A stretch of DNA of 64,000 nt, taken from the NCBI RefSeq assembly GCF_006345805.1, contig NC_043005.1, forward strand, positions 16,616,001 through 16,680,000. The letters run 5' to 3'. Position 1 is the first letter of the stretch; each line of letters begins with the position of its first letter. The notes below the pieces were generated by a model. That model searched no databases. It saw only the letters and a list, made by a program, of their open reading frames with translations, and was not told the origin of the DNA. Shown here in pieces: positions 11,301 through 24,500 of the stretch. The position numbers were made by a program, and so were the translations under genes. Source of the DNA: Octopus sinensis. Taxonomy: Eukaryota.

Positions 11301-12473
11301 TACTACATTTTAAAATTATAAATTTGAAATACATACATACATACAAACACTCAGCACTAGATATGTGGTTTGCGATAGCAGAAACAGTTCGTTTTTGCAT
11401 TATTTTACGTACGCTTTTGAATAAACATACAATTTAGCTTCGCTGAGAAAATAACACATATCTGTCCGTGGTCAAAAATAAGGAGGGATTAATCTGACTA
11501 GTTTCTAGTTTTGTTAGACCTTCATCAGAGAAAAAAAATACGCATTTGCTGTCCAAAGAGAGAGTATAACCTTATAGCTGCTTACAGTGCTCACAAACTA
11601 CGATTCAGTCAATCTAATTTTGAACAGCAGTGGATATGTGACAATAAGGATTAACTAGTTAATTAACCTGCAATGTAACTAGTGTGTTTATCTTCTACAA
11701 CGAGATTAAATACGTATATTAGAAACTTATACTTTATATTTTAAATACTTAAAAAAAAAAAACGTGAAACATTGTACAACGAATGCAATTCACTGACTAC
11801 CCACGTTGTCGAAGTATATAATCCATTTATAAAAATTAAACACAATAGTTTAAGTACACGATATATAAATATAAATTTCTTCTAATATAGCTGGGAAGTA
11901 AAAGAAATACGTATCAATATGCTGGAGTGTGTGTGTGTGTGTATGTGTAAATCTCTACATACATACATACATACATAGTACGTACATACATACAAACGTA
12001 AGTACATACATACATACACACACACACACACATGTACACAGCCGAGGAACAAAATCCGTGGTTTACAAAATCATTTGTTTACTTTGCACTCCGGTGTGCA
12101 CGTGTATATGTGTAAAAGTTGAGTTATACTCCGGCAATTCTGAACAACTCTGCCAAGAGCGAAACTCGGAGTTGCCAGTCAAATTTTGATTATAAACATA
12201 TCTATCCACTCTAATCAATGCATTGAGTTCAGATAACGTTTACTCCGTGTAAAAATACATTTTAATACATTTTCTAACTCAAAGGTCGGCGAGCTGGCAG
12301 AATAGCGCGTCGGAAAAAATATTTAGCAGCATTTCTTCCGAGTTTTATATATTCCGCTTATAAGTACCAGTTGAGCACGAGGGTTGGTGCAGTCGACGAC
12401 TATCGATTACGCTGAAAGGATGAAAGGCAAAGTACCGTATCTTTTGTGCCTATGGTAGAAAGAAAAGCATACA

Positions 12474-12852
12474 TAGGCGTAGGAGTGGCTGTGTGGTAAG
12501 TAGCTTGTTTACCAACCACATGGTTCCGGGTTCAGTGGTACCTTGAGCAAGTGTCTTCTACTATAGCCTCGGGCCGACCAAAGCCTTGTGAGTGGATTTG
12601 GTAGACAGAAACTGAAAGAAGCCCGTCGTATATATGTATATATGCGTTTGTATGTCTGTGTTTGTCCCCCTAGCATTGCTTGACAACCGATGCTGGTGTG
12701 TTTATGTCCCCGTTACTTAGCGGTTCGGCAAAAGAGACCGATAGAATAAGTACTGGGCTTACAAAAGAATAAGTCCCGGGGTCGAGTTGCTCGACTAAAA
12801 GGCGCTGCTCCAGCATGGCCGCAGTCAAATGACTGAAACAAGTAAAAGAGTA
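12474..12852 (+). mobile_element. SINE family A, full length (tRNA-like head, CORE-like segment, internal microsatellite, AAAGAGT-type tail)
   Basis: A box TGGCTGTGTGG, B box GGTTCAG, ccttgagcaagtgtcttct segment; about 20 copies or fragments in the window. Confidence 0.9.
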
Positions 12853-13557
12853 TACTTTGAAATTAATGCATGGTGTTTGTGTGTATATATATATATATAT
12901 AAACATGTGTGTACACGTGTATGTTAGTAAATATATATATATATATATATCGAGTTGCTACATGATTACAGTCTAACAAATTCGGTCAACACAAACCTAC
13001 GACAGGACTGTACCCGGAATCACGTGTTTACGAAGTTGCCCCCATCCCTCGACCAAACAACAACCATGACGGCGTACTTTTGTCGATCCCAGAGAGATGA
13101 ATGACAGTCAACAATCACAAAAACTTGAGCTGAGTATAAAAAGGAGTGGATGTAAATGCAGACATTTAATCTACCCTGCCAACTTTCGTATGCTGTTGTC
13201 ATTTAACCCCAGGTCAGAACGGTCAAGCACACATACAGCCTAAACGCGTCCCTGTCGAGACGATCTCGTCTTGTAGTAAATGTAATTTATCCCTCAAATA
13301 CATTGTGCAATATGTCTTTCCTGGGTTCCCCACTTTCTTTTTAACCCCTTGCCTCTCTTATGTATCACATGCAATATACGGGACATATTTCCCCAGCACC
13401 CATGCATCATAGATGATACAATTTCCCTATTTTTTCAACCACTTTGGGATTTATAGCATAACGCTCTCCTTTTGTAAGAACGTACGAAATAAGGGTTAAC
13501 TAAAAGCCTGAAAGCAAGCATGGATGTTTTGGACGAACTTATGAAAATGCTTTAGAT

Positions 13558-13790
13558 CGATGGTTTTCAACTGGAGTCAACAGTGGGGTCCATATACGAT
13601 TTCGTTGTTAAAATTTATCTGCAATAAATCGATCATATACTTTTTTTTTTACGCAATTCCTAATAATATTTAATTATAAAAATATAAGATTTTTTTTAAC
13701 ATTGAATGGTTATGAGTGTCCATCCAAGTAAAAGAGAAATCAACGGGCTCCATAGGTAAACAACAACAAAAAAATAACTGAAAAACTCTG
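13558..13790. mobile_element. hAT-like MITE
   Basis: Ends CGATGGTTTTCAA / CTGAAAAACTCTG; 8-bp flanks CTTTAGAT and CTTTAGAC. Confidence 0.6.
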
Positions 13791-13944
13791 CTTTAGACAA
13801 AGGGTTAAGGGCGATGTGTGTGTGTGTGTGTGTGATCTGAGAGAGAGATTTGGTCGTAATTTCTGGCTGGTCGATCAACTACAAAGAGGATCGTTCATTT
13901 AATCGATATACTCTTTGATAACGAAGCTAGTCAGGGTGACTCAC

Positions 13945-14027
13945 GTTCAGGTTTATTGAATGGGCCAAAAAACAAACAAAGGTACAAGAGAGAAAATTAA
14001 ATGCAAAGATTCAACTGGGAATCGAAC
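13945..14027 (-). other. Candidate non-coding (5'UTR or lncRNA) exon
   Basis: Minus strand branch-like GACTGAC, acceptor tctgttctgcAG|G, donor AAC|GTGAGT; 83 nt. Confidence 0.4.
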
Positions 14028-14570
14028 CTGCAGAACAGACTTAATTTATCAAAAAGTCAGTCATCAGAATACAAAAAGTTGCTCAAAGTTACACACGTCG
14101 CCGCAAAAGTGTAATGACACAGAAAGTAAAATAAAACTTGCGTAAAGAAGTTAAGAGTAAACAAATACACACACAGTTAATAAAGTACACTAGGACACAC
14201 AGAATTTTAAAAATATATACACACACATAGTAAATACAATACACAGATAGGATCTACATACAGTTAATTAAAGTATACGCAGATTTACACACAGTTAGTG
14301 TATACACAGGTACACCGATAAGGAGTAAATATACACATACAACAGAGTAATCACATAGATACAATAAATAGAGCGATGGTACACACGCACACACAAAGAG
14401 TTAAAAGAGCAAACACATGAACTCACATACATATACAGGTAACAGAGCAATTATATAAAAACACATATATGCAGAGAAGAGAACAGTCATATAAATATAT
14501 ATATATACACGCGGGTGAGAGAAAAAGTTAAGTTAAAACGAAAACAGAGAGAGAGTGAGGTGGGCCTTAC

Positions 14571-14900
14571 CGTGATCAAAACCGATAAACCAAGAGGATG
14601 AATTTTTAGTTTGTTTTCTACTGCGTATCATCTTTTAAGTCGTTTCATGTTGTAATTTTTTGTTTGGGGGGGAAAATAAGAGAAGGAAATTTTGGGTTTT
14701 GTTTAAAGCTCCGAAATTCACAGGTAAGTAAAATCCCATCTAGTGTTGGACCGCCGAAAAGAAAAAAACGAACGAACGAACTAGAAAGAGTGAGAGACAG
14801 AGAGAGAAAGAGCGCGAGCGAACGAACGAACAGCCAACAGGTAGGTGGATTACCTGTTTTGTATTTGTGTGTGTGTGGGTTGTTGTATATAAAACAGCGG
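14571..14900. promoter_or_regulatory. Candidate divergent promoter / first-exon region
   Basis: Minus donor ACG|GTAAGG at 14570; plus donors CAG|GTAAGT (14724) and CAG|GTAGGT (14841); CpG and GA-rich unique sequence; CA/TG strand skew flips across the region. Confidence 0.35.
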
Positions 14901-15176
14901 TGTTTGTGAAAACAAGTCACATTGCTGGCTGTGATGGTGCTCGAGGTTTAATGATAATAGTGGAGAAAAACCGTGTGAGTGTTGACACACATAGACACAC
15001 AATGTTTATGTGCGCGTGTGTATAAATATAATATCTATAAGTATATATTTATATTTATATGTATACACTATAGTCATATATATATGTGTGTGTATATATA
15101 TATATATGGTGAAATATATGCATTCACATATGTGTATTGTATGTATATATATATATATGAGTGTGTGTATGGGCAT

Positions 15177-15210
<34 letters not shown>

Positions 15211-15778
15211 TCTTTTTACTTTTACTTGTTTCAGTCATTTGACAGCTGCCATGCTGTAGCACCGCCTTTAGTCGAGCAAATCGACCCCGGGTCTTATTCT
15301 TTGTAAGCCTAGTACTTATTCTATCGGTCAGTTTTGGCGAAGCGCTAAGTTGCGGGGACGTAAACACACCAGCATCGGTTGTCAAGCGATGTTGGGGAAC
15401 AAACACAGACACACAAACATATACACACACATGGCCCAGTGGTTAGGGCAGCGGACTCGCAGTCGTAGGATCGCGGTTTCGATTCCCAGACTGGGCGTTG
15501 TGAGTGTTTATTGAGCAAAAACACCTAAAGCTTCACGAGGCTCCAGTAGGGGGGGGGTGGCAATCCCTGCTGTACTCTTTCGCCACAACTCTCTCTCACT
15601 CTTTCTTGTGGGGTGGCGTCATTTGAAGGCTAAAACAATGCGAAGTGCATTGTGACCAGTGATGTGTAGCAACATCTGATAGCCTGGTTGGTCACGGTGA
15701 TCACATACATATATATACATACATATGTACAACGGGCTTCTTTCAGTTTCCGTCTACCAAATCCACTCACAAGGCTTT
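15211..15778 (-). mobile_element. SINE family A split by a SINE C insertion
   Basis: 3' half at 15211-15430 and central part at 15730-15778 flank the insert, which sits in the internal microsatellite. Confidence 0.8.
15432..15702 (+). mobile_element. tRNA-derived SINE family C
   Basis: TGGCCCAGTGGTTAGG A box and GGTTTCGATTCCC B box; head homologous to 28380-28538(-). Confidence 0.8.
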
Positions 15779-15974
15779 GAGCGACCAATGATTTTTTTTC
15801 TATCTGCTAGTTTAGTTTGAAGAGGGGTTATATGTCCATGGCCATTGGAGGTGCTCTGTGGATGCAACACCATTGGTCATTCTATGATTGGCCATATAAC
15901 TGACCTCCTCTTACTGCTCTAACTTTTAGTGTGGGCTTCTTTTTCGGCCATATGGTCCACTAACAAACAGTATG

Positions 15975-16185
15975 GTGAGCTGGCAGAATCATTAGCATGC
16001 CGGGTGAAATGCTTAGCAGTATTATTTCTGTCTTTACGTTCTGAGTTCAAATTCCACCAGGGCCAACTTTGCCTTTCATCCTTTTGGGATCGATAAATTA
16101 AGTACCATTTGCTTATTGGGGTCGATCTAATCGACTGGCCCTGTCCCCCCAAATTTCAGGCCTTGTGCCTAGAGTAGAAAAGAAA
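15975..16185 (+). mobile_element. SINE family B, alternative-tail subfamily
   Basis: Homology to other B copies; tail gccttgtgcctagagtagaaaag. Confidence 0.85.
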
Positions 16186-16394
16186 ATATATATATATATA
16201 TAGGGACCTATATTTGCCATTGAAATATGGCTAGGGCACAGAAAGTGTGTCTATAGCCAGCTGGAGGCGGTGGCCTCCTGGGGCTACAAACTACAGTAGC
16301 ATCCACCCTTAGGGGTTAACCATATTTCAACGGCAAATATACGTCACAATGTGTTGTAGCTACTGTTTATAACTCACTCCGAGATTTATTATAT

Positions 16395-16582
16395 ATAGGG
16401 AGAATTCACAAAAAAATAAAAGACGAAGACAGGTGGCGTAGACAACAAACAGATGTATTAGTATATTGCTTGGGCAGTGAAAAAGTCTTTAACGTTTCGA
16501 GCCTATGCTCTTCCACAGAAAGGAACACAGAAAGAAACAAGGAAAGAAAATAAAGAATGTGTAGTGGCTAGCTATCTATCAT
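16395..16582 (-). mobile_element. Hammerhead-variant Penelope-like short element, family H2
   Basis: Reverse-complement homolog of 6491-6671; motif at 16487-16522. Confidence 0.7.
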
Positions 16583-16912
16583 GGCAAAGAAGGAGAGAGA
16601 GAGAGAGAAAGAGTGTAAGATATAGATATACACATATATATGTATGTGTATGAATCATTTTCAGAGGATCCATCCCTCAAGCCTACCCAATTTCTACAGT
16701 CACCACCTCCTTTACCTTAGCATCCCAACTTACCAAATCTCTGTACCTCCTAAGCCCATTCCTAAATCTCCTAAGCCCATTCCCCATCTCCAACCCTGTC
16801 TCACTCTCCCTTACACTCTTACCTTCATTTCTAACCCATACTTCTTGTTCTCCTCTTCCCACTCCTATTTACCTCATCCCTTGAGGGTCCACGCTCAACC
16901 TCACCACCACTT

Positions 16913-17120
16913 CATCATCATCATCGTTTAACGTCTGTTTTCCACACTAGCACGGGTTGGACGGTTCGACCAGGGTCTGGGAAGCCAGGAGCTGCACCAG
17001 GCTCCAGTCTGATCTGGCAGAGTTTCTACAGCTGGATGCCCTTCCTAACGCCAACCACTCCGCGAGTGTAGTGGGTGCTTTTTACATGCCACCTGCACAG
17101 GTGCCAGGGGAGCTCCACCT
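16913..17120 (-). mobile_element. SINE/LINE 3' end with (GAT)n tail (family E)
   Basis: catcatcatcgtttaacgtc...ggatgcccttcctaacgccaacc; related fragments near 18430-18485 and 19455-19560. Confidence 0.6.
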
Positions 17121-17723
17121 TAGTCACGGCCAACCTCTCTTCTATAATTTGAGCAACCATGCAGCTCCACTAGAGGAAGAAACCTGGTCTGTTCTGACCA
17201 CTTCTCATACTTCATCCTTGTCTCTACTATAGCCCCACTCAATCAAAGGGGATGTTAGCCTTGCCAACTGCTTGGTGCCTTTACTGATGCTGGAATCATG
17301 AAAAGGCATCCAGCCACAGAAACCATGCCAAATCTTAACATTGGATATGGTGCAGTCCTTGGACGCACTTTACAGAGCATACTGGGTGCTTTTTTACAAG
17401 GTACCAGCATGGCTGTTTTTATGTGTGTATGTATACATATATATTCTTACTCTTACTCTTTTTATTTGTTTCAGTCATTTGACTGCGGCCATGCTGGAGC
17501 ACCGCCATTAATTGAGCAACTTGACCCCGAGGCTATAGTAGAAGACACTTGCCCAAGGTGCCACGCAGTGGGACTGAACCCGGAACCATGTGTACAGGCA
17601 TGCATACATACATACATACACACACAAATGCACACACACACACACATATTCTCTCTCTTTCTCTCTCAATATTTCTGTTGTTATCTTTAACAGCTGTTGG
17701 TTTATGTTTGCTTTTTATCTTAG

Positions 17724-17813
17724 GTGACTGGCTAAAGTAGTTGAGAGAGAGAAAAAAAAGAAAAACTAAAACTTTAACTCCACCTACGAACATAACAATA
17801 GCCACAGCAACAG
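17724..17813 (+). other. Candidate non-coding exon
   Basis: Branch-like TTTAAC, acceptor ttgctttttatcttAG, donor CAG|GTAAGT; 90 nt with stops in all three frames. Confidence 0.45.
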
Positions 17814-17985
17814 GTAAGTTTGGCTTTGATGACAATTAAAAACAGGCCAGTAAAGTTTTCACTTTGCTGTGTGCAGAACTTGTAGAGTTGATAGCAGTGC
17901 TGACAAAGTTTAAATTTAAAAAAGTTTTAATTAATCAGCAAATAATCATTTCTACATATATACACACATACACACATATTAATCA

Positions 17986-18016
<31 letters not shown>

Positions 18017-18099
18017 CCTGCCTGTATCTGACTATCTTTATCTTTAGATATTTATCTACCTTTTTTCCACACCCTCCTTCTCTCTTCTTAGCTACATTT

Positions 18100-18995
<896 letters not shown>

Positions 18996-19596
18996 TTTGT
19001 CAATTATAATCATTTCCCTTCCCACTATCACCCCTTTTAAATCTGCTGCAGAAAGGACCACAGAGTTGCAAGCTAAGTACCTTTTACACTACCTTTTTAT
19101 CACTTCCAGTCCTTCACCTCTCTCTGTCTTTTTCACCTCTCTCTGTCTTTTTCATCTCTCTCTCTCCCCCCCTCACAGCACACACACACACACATACACC
19201 CACCCACACACACACACACCATAGAAGCCTAGAATTGTAATCCACATACCCTTACATCTGCATTGCAGTTCAGTATATATATAAATATATACAAAACGCA
19301 TAGCATAAACAACAACGTTCTATGACTTAAGTGATTTAACTTTAACCAAAACGAGATGCTTCCACAAATCCAGCAACTTGTCATGGTGGGGTGCTTTTAC
19401 CAGTATATATATATTTATGTGCATGTGTGTGTATACACACGTATATATTCATTCATTTTAAATCTGCGTGTTTTTTTCCATACCAGCACAGGCTAGATGA
19501 ATATATTACTGCTGCATCATTTTGCAGCAGGATGCCTTCTCAGTAGCTAACCCTTACCTATTTTTATTTATTCCCTATTTTTTCGCAAGTGAAGGA

Positions 19597-19740
19597 AAGG
19601 TCGACTTTGCCTTTCATCCTCTTGGGGTCGATAAATAAAGTACCAGTTTCGCACTGGGTCGATGTAATCGACTTAATCCCTTTTTCTGTCCTTGTTTGTC
19701 CTCTCTGTGTTTAGCCCCTTGTGGGTAGTAAAGAAATATA
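19597..19740 (+). mobile_element. SINE family B, 5'-truncated
   Basis: Begins at aaggtcgactttgcc and ends gtagtaaagaaata. Confidence 0.85.
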
Positions 19741-19850
19741 TTCTGTTTTACATGTCTTTCAAAATGCAACACAAGGGGACAAATTTTGTCAGCAGATGTG
19801 ATAACAACTACATCAACACATATCCATATAAACAAATATGCATATATATA

Positions 19851-20088
19851 TACTCTTTACTCTTTACTCTTTTACTTGTTTCAGTCATTTGACTGTGGCC
19901 ATGCTGGAGCACCACCTTTTTAGTCGAGCAAATCGACCCCAGGACTTATTCTTTGTAAGCCTACTACTTATTCTATCGGTCTCTTTTGCCGAACTGCTAA
20001 GTTACGGGGACGTAAACACACCAACATCGGTTGTCAAGCGATGTTGGGGGGACAAACACAGACACACAAACATATACACATACATATC

Positions 20089-20120
<32 letters not shown>

Positions 20121-20283
20121 TACGATGGGCTTCTTTCAGTTTCCATCTACCAAATCCATTCACAAGGCTTTGGTCGGCCTGAGGCTATAGTAGAAGACAC
20201 TTGCCCAAGGTGCCATGCAGTGGGACTGAACCCAGAACCATATGGTTCATAAGCAAGCTACTTACCACACAGCCACTCCTACG

Positions 20284-20288
<5 letters not shown>
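19851..20288 (-). mobile_element. SINE family A, full length
   Basis: Reverse complement of 12474-12852 with an internal (TA)n. Confidence 0.9.
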
Positions 20289-20320
<32 letters not shown>

Positions 20321-20476
20321 ATGGGAAAGCCTTTTTCCTGTCAAGGGCTTATATGCTCCTTTATTAGACTATTTTCCTTAGTCATTGCACGGTGAAGCCT
20401 TAAGTTTATATAAAAATACTATTATCATTATTTACAGGATTGTAAATCACAACGCCATTATGAAAAACCATTTGCA

Positions 20477-20532
<56 letters not shown>

Positions 20533-20601
20533 ATATTATAATATATTATATATATATATAATATATATATAAATATATATATATATTTATACGTATATAT
20601 A

Positions 20602-20820
20602 TGAGGGTACATTGAAAAGTTCATAGGCTGATCAAGATATTCTCATGGAATATAAACAAATGAGATTTATTTTTCAACATAGTCCCCCTTGTGATCCACA
20701 CACTTTTTCCATTGGTGTTGCAGTTATTAATAAGAAGGGTTGAAATTAATGTCTGCTAGATTTCTCAGCTCTAGCTTTACTCTTTCGTAGTCAGTCTATG
20801 AACTTTTCAGTGACCCCTCA
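20602..20820. mobile_element. Mariner-like MITE inserted in (TA)n
   Basis: TIRs TGAGGGTACATTGAAAAGTTCATAGGCTGA / TCAGTCTATGAACTTTTCAGTGACCCCTCA, TA on both sides. Confidence 0.8.
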
Positions 20821-20890
20821 TATATATGTACATATGTATATATATGTATATGTATGTACAAGTGTGTATGTGTATATATATATATATATA

Positions 20891-21225
20891 TTTAAGGACT
20901 GTGTCAAGTCCTCGTTAAAGGCTTTTGATATACAGGACACTGACTGGGAGAACAATGCCTGTCATCGCCACAGATGGAGAAAGCAGGTTAAGGAGGGGAT
21001 CGACACTTTTGAGAGAGCACGTATCCAGCATGAAGAACTTAAGCGAGCTGTGCGAAAGCGCACGGCTCGTATAGTGAATGGGGAAAGCTTGGTCTGCAAT
21101 GTTTGTAGTCATGTATGTTCATCAAGAGCAGGGCTAATTAGCCGCAAATGCAAAATATAAGTTAGTCCTAGAGTGCACAATGTTCCTGAAGGTTGGCAAT
21201 GGTCTTCCTCGGTCACGAGTGGACG

Positions 21226-21232
<7 letters not shown>
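20891..21232 (+). mobile_element. RTE-clade LINE 3' fragment
   Basis: FKDCVKSSLKAFDI...W...RHRWR...CNVCSHVCSSRAGLIS (RTE C-terminal zinc-finger-like end), short 3'UTR, (TA)n on both sides. Confidence 0.8.
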
Positions 21233-21260
<28 letters not shown>

Positions 21261-21263
<3 letters not shown>

Positions 21264-21420
21264 TCCAAACATGAAAAGACAAAGAGAAAACGCGACGACG
21301 TGGAACAAGTATAGTATTATTGGGCGCTCAGGAAAGAAGGAAAGAAGGAGGGTTTGACGTTTCGAGTGGAGCTCTTCGTGGGAAACATAGGAAAAGGAAA
21401 GATCCAAAGAAAGGAAGACG
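21261..21420 (-). mobile_element. Family H1 element with decayed hammerhead core
   Basis: Core CUGA reads CCCA; remainder homologous to 10405-10590. Confidence 0.7.
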
Positions 21421-21709
21421 TAGGAAAATATATATATATATATATATATTATATACACACAAAATTGTGTTACAAATTTTTAATCTTCGGATTTTTTAAA
21501 ATATGCTAAGCCACTGGTTTTAATTGATTAATATCAATTTCTACACTTATTATTTAATTTTAATTATATCTATATATATATATATATTAGTGTTGAAGCC
21601 GCCCTTTGGATGGCATTCAGGCTAGCTCCTGCAGAGAGAACCACTATCAGGCCACTTCATGGCCCTCTACCCTTGTGGTAATGAAATTTATTCTGCAATG
21701 TGGTAAGCA

Positions 21710-21809
21710 NNNNNNNNNNNNNNNNNNNNNNNNNNNNNNNNNNNNNNNNNNNNNNNNNNNNNNNNNNNNNNNNNNNNNNNNNNNNNNNNNNNNNNNNNNN
21801 NNNNNNNNN
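21710..21809. other. Assembly gap
   Basis: 100 N. Confidence 1.
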
Positions 21810-21829
21810 GTTCATTCAATCACTTCTAC

Positions 21830-22660
21830 TGTCACTATTTCTCCTTCTTTGACTAATACTACCACCACCACCACCACCACCACCCACCAAACCCCCACCT
21901 CAACCAATGACAACATAATTATTGTTATCAGCATCAACAATAGCATCATCATCACCACCACCACCACCATCACAATCACCACCACCATCACCATCATGAT
22001 CATCACCATCACCATCATCCTCTCTCTTTATCAATGTCGCCATCACCGCCACCACTACCACCACCACCACCAACACCACCAACAACAACAAAACTACCAT
22101 CACTACCACCACTACCACCACCACAAGTACCAAAAACCCTATTACCTCCACCACCAATATTTCTACCGCTATCTCATTAACCCCTTCACATCAACATCTC
22201 AATCACCTCCACATTAGTATCTACTCTTCCTCTTCCTCTACCACTACCTCCTCCTCCCCTTCCCATTCATCCTCTTCCTCCTCTTCTTTCTCTTCTTCCT
22301 CCTCCTCTTTCCCTCTTCCTGCCCTTCCTCCTCCTCTCATCCTCTTCCTCTCTTCTCATCCTCCTCTTCCTCCCCTTCCTCCTCTTTATCCTTCTCCCTT
22401 CCTCATCTTCCTCCTCTTCATCATCTTCTGCTTCCTTCTCTTCCTCCTCTACTTCTTCCACTCCTCCTCTTTCCTTCTCCTCTTCCTTCTCCCTCCCTCT
22501 CCTTTTCTTCCTACTCTTCCTCCTCCTTCTCCTCTCCTTCTTCACACCGCCACCACCACCACAATCACTGCCATCACAATCACCACCACCAACAACCCCA
22601 CCACGGTCACGATAACTACCAATCTCCAACACCGCCTCCACCACCGCCACCACATTAAGC
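21830..22660. repeat. Degenerate trinucleotide arrays (CAC/CAT, CTC/CTT)
   Basis: Direct inspection; explains the poly-H, poly-T and poly-E ORFs in the track. Confidence 0.9.
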
Positions 22661-22851
22661 AACCACAGATAGTAACACAACTTAATGCTTTAAGTAATAG
22701 GTAATTTTATTATTTCATTTATTCATTTATTTATTTATTTATTTTGCTTTCTGTTGGTTATTTGATTTACAGAAACCCCACCCTCACCCCGCCGCAACGT
22801 TATTTCTCACTCCACACCACATCGATATATCAATCACACACATCTCTCTCC

Positions 22852-22893
<42 letters not shown>

Positions 22894-23758
22894 TTCATTG
22901 CCTTCCAGACATAAAAGATAAACATACATACATACATACATACAGACAGACAGACAGACAGACAGACAAGACAGACAAGACAGAAAGACAGAGAAATAGA
23001 CAGACAGACAGACATACGTGTGTATATACATCTGTGTATGAATGTTTGTATGTATAGAAATATGTGTGGGATAACGGTGACAAGATAACAGAAAGTTTCG
23101 TTATCTCCTACATTAGCTTACGGCTGTTTCTGCAATCAGCAGCAGTACACTCAGAGATGCGTACATTGCTACATGCTCTAGCTCCCTCGGAGCTATTAAA
23201 ATAACGTGCAGGTTTCTTTCGGAATGCAGTAAAATTCATCAAGTTAGTTACATTTTAGAAACACAATGTTGCAGTAGAGTATTAACGTATATTTGTACTC
23301 ATACTTCTATATGTATGTGTAGATATATGTGTATTGTATGTATATCAATGCATAAATGAACACACACACATACGTATGCAAATCTGTACCACTATGGACG
23401 TGGTTTCTTACCCTCAAACTATATTATACTGTTGTATGTATGGTTTTAAATGTACCCAATTTAACTTTTTCCCGAAATAAACAAAGACTTCATTTTAATG
23501 TTTCCGAGTAAGCTGAAGGCTATTGTACGTGCACTCAGTTGGGTGTATACTGCTTTTTAAAGCAGAAAGAGTTGTAAGCGAATGAAGGTGATTACTTAAT
23601 TCTTGTTCTTTTGTTATTCATTGATTGATAATATGATATGTACTCGCCGGCGGCTTTACTTAAAATTTATCTATACTGAGTTCTAATAACTGGTTATTAG
23701 TATCACTGCGTCGAAGCTAAATCATAACACACCACCACACACACACACACACACATAC

Positions 23759-23792
<34 letters not shown>

Positions 23793-23889
23793 ATAGTTTG
23801 TTTGCGCAGGTACATGTCTATAAATACTAATTACAAAAACGACAGTAGATTACATATATACATATAAGAGACCGAAGTTTACGTACGCC

Positions 23890-23929
<40 letters not shown>

Positions 23930-23933
<4 letters not shown>

Positions 23934-24500
23934 AAATGGGACAAGAACGCAAAACATCCGGACAGTTAGGTGATACAAAAAAGGGACAACAAAACATCCA
24001 GATAAACGATGCAAAGAAAACAAGGACGGGTCATTCGGAGTTTTCTTTCCTCAGTCGAGTTCCAGATAATCTTTGCAATTTCGGCTGGTTATACTCGAGA
24101 TTGCTCCAATCTAGCCAGCCCCAAGGAAAAACTAAGCTAAGAGCATTAGATTCCTTGGAAGAAAACAGTGAATGTATACGAAAACAAGGACGGAAAAAAC
24201 GGAGAAAGTTACACCAATACAAATAACAGGACATAACAACAGGTGTCTTTCGACTAAGGACGAATCAAATTAAGCCGGCGTGTGTGGAAGTAAAGCCTTA
24301 CGGCAGGGATACAAGATTTCACAGGTACAGGGGAAAATATAAATATTGCACGGACAACGGCCGAACCAAGAAAGAAAGGTCAGGCTTGGCCGAACACCGA
24401 TCACGTGGGGAGAGAAGAGAGGAGCTCCCCACATGACCCGTGTTCGGCTAAGCCTGACCTCTCCCGAAGTTGCTGGCCTTGTGCCAAAAAATTTAAATCG
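23930..24500 (-). mobile_element. Hairpin-rich element ending at (TA)n, family H3 (Penelope-like pLTR candidate)
   Basis: Its 3' ~140 nt are homologous to 33871-34005(+); several stem-loops; T-rich tail into (TA)n, as in H1 and H2. Confidence 0.55.

Noticed and set aside
12131-12180. Hammerhead-like CTGAACA-ACTCT-GCCA-AGAGC-GAAA-CTCGGAG-TT
   Set aside because: G8 is replaced, the stem II closing pair is missing and stem I is out of register.
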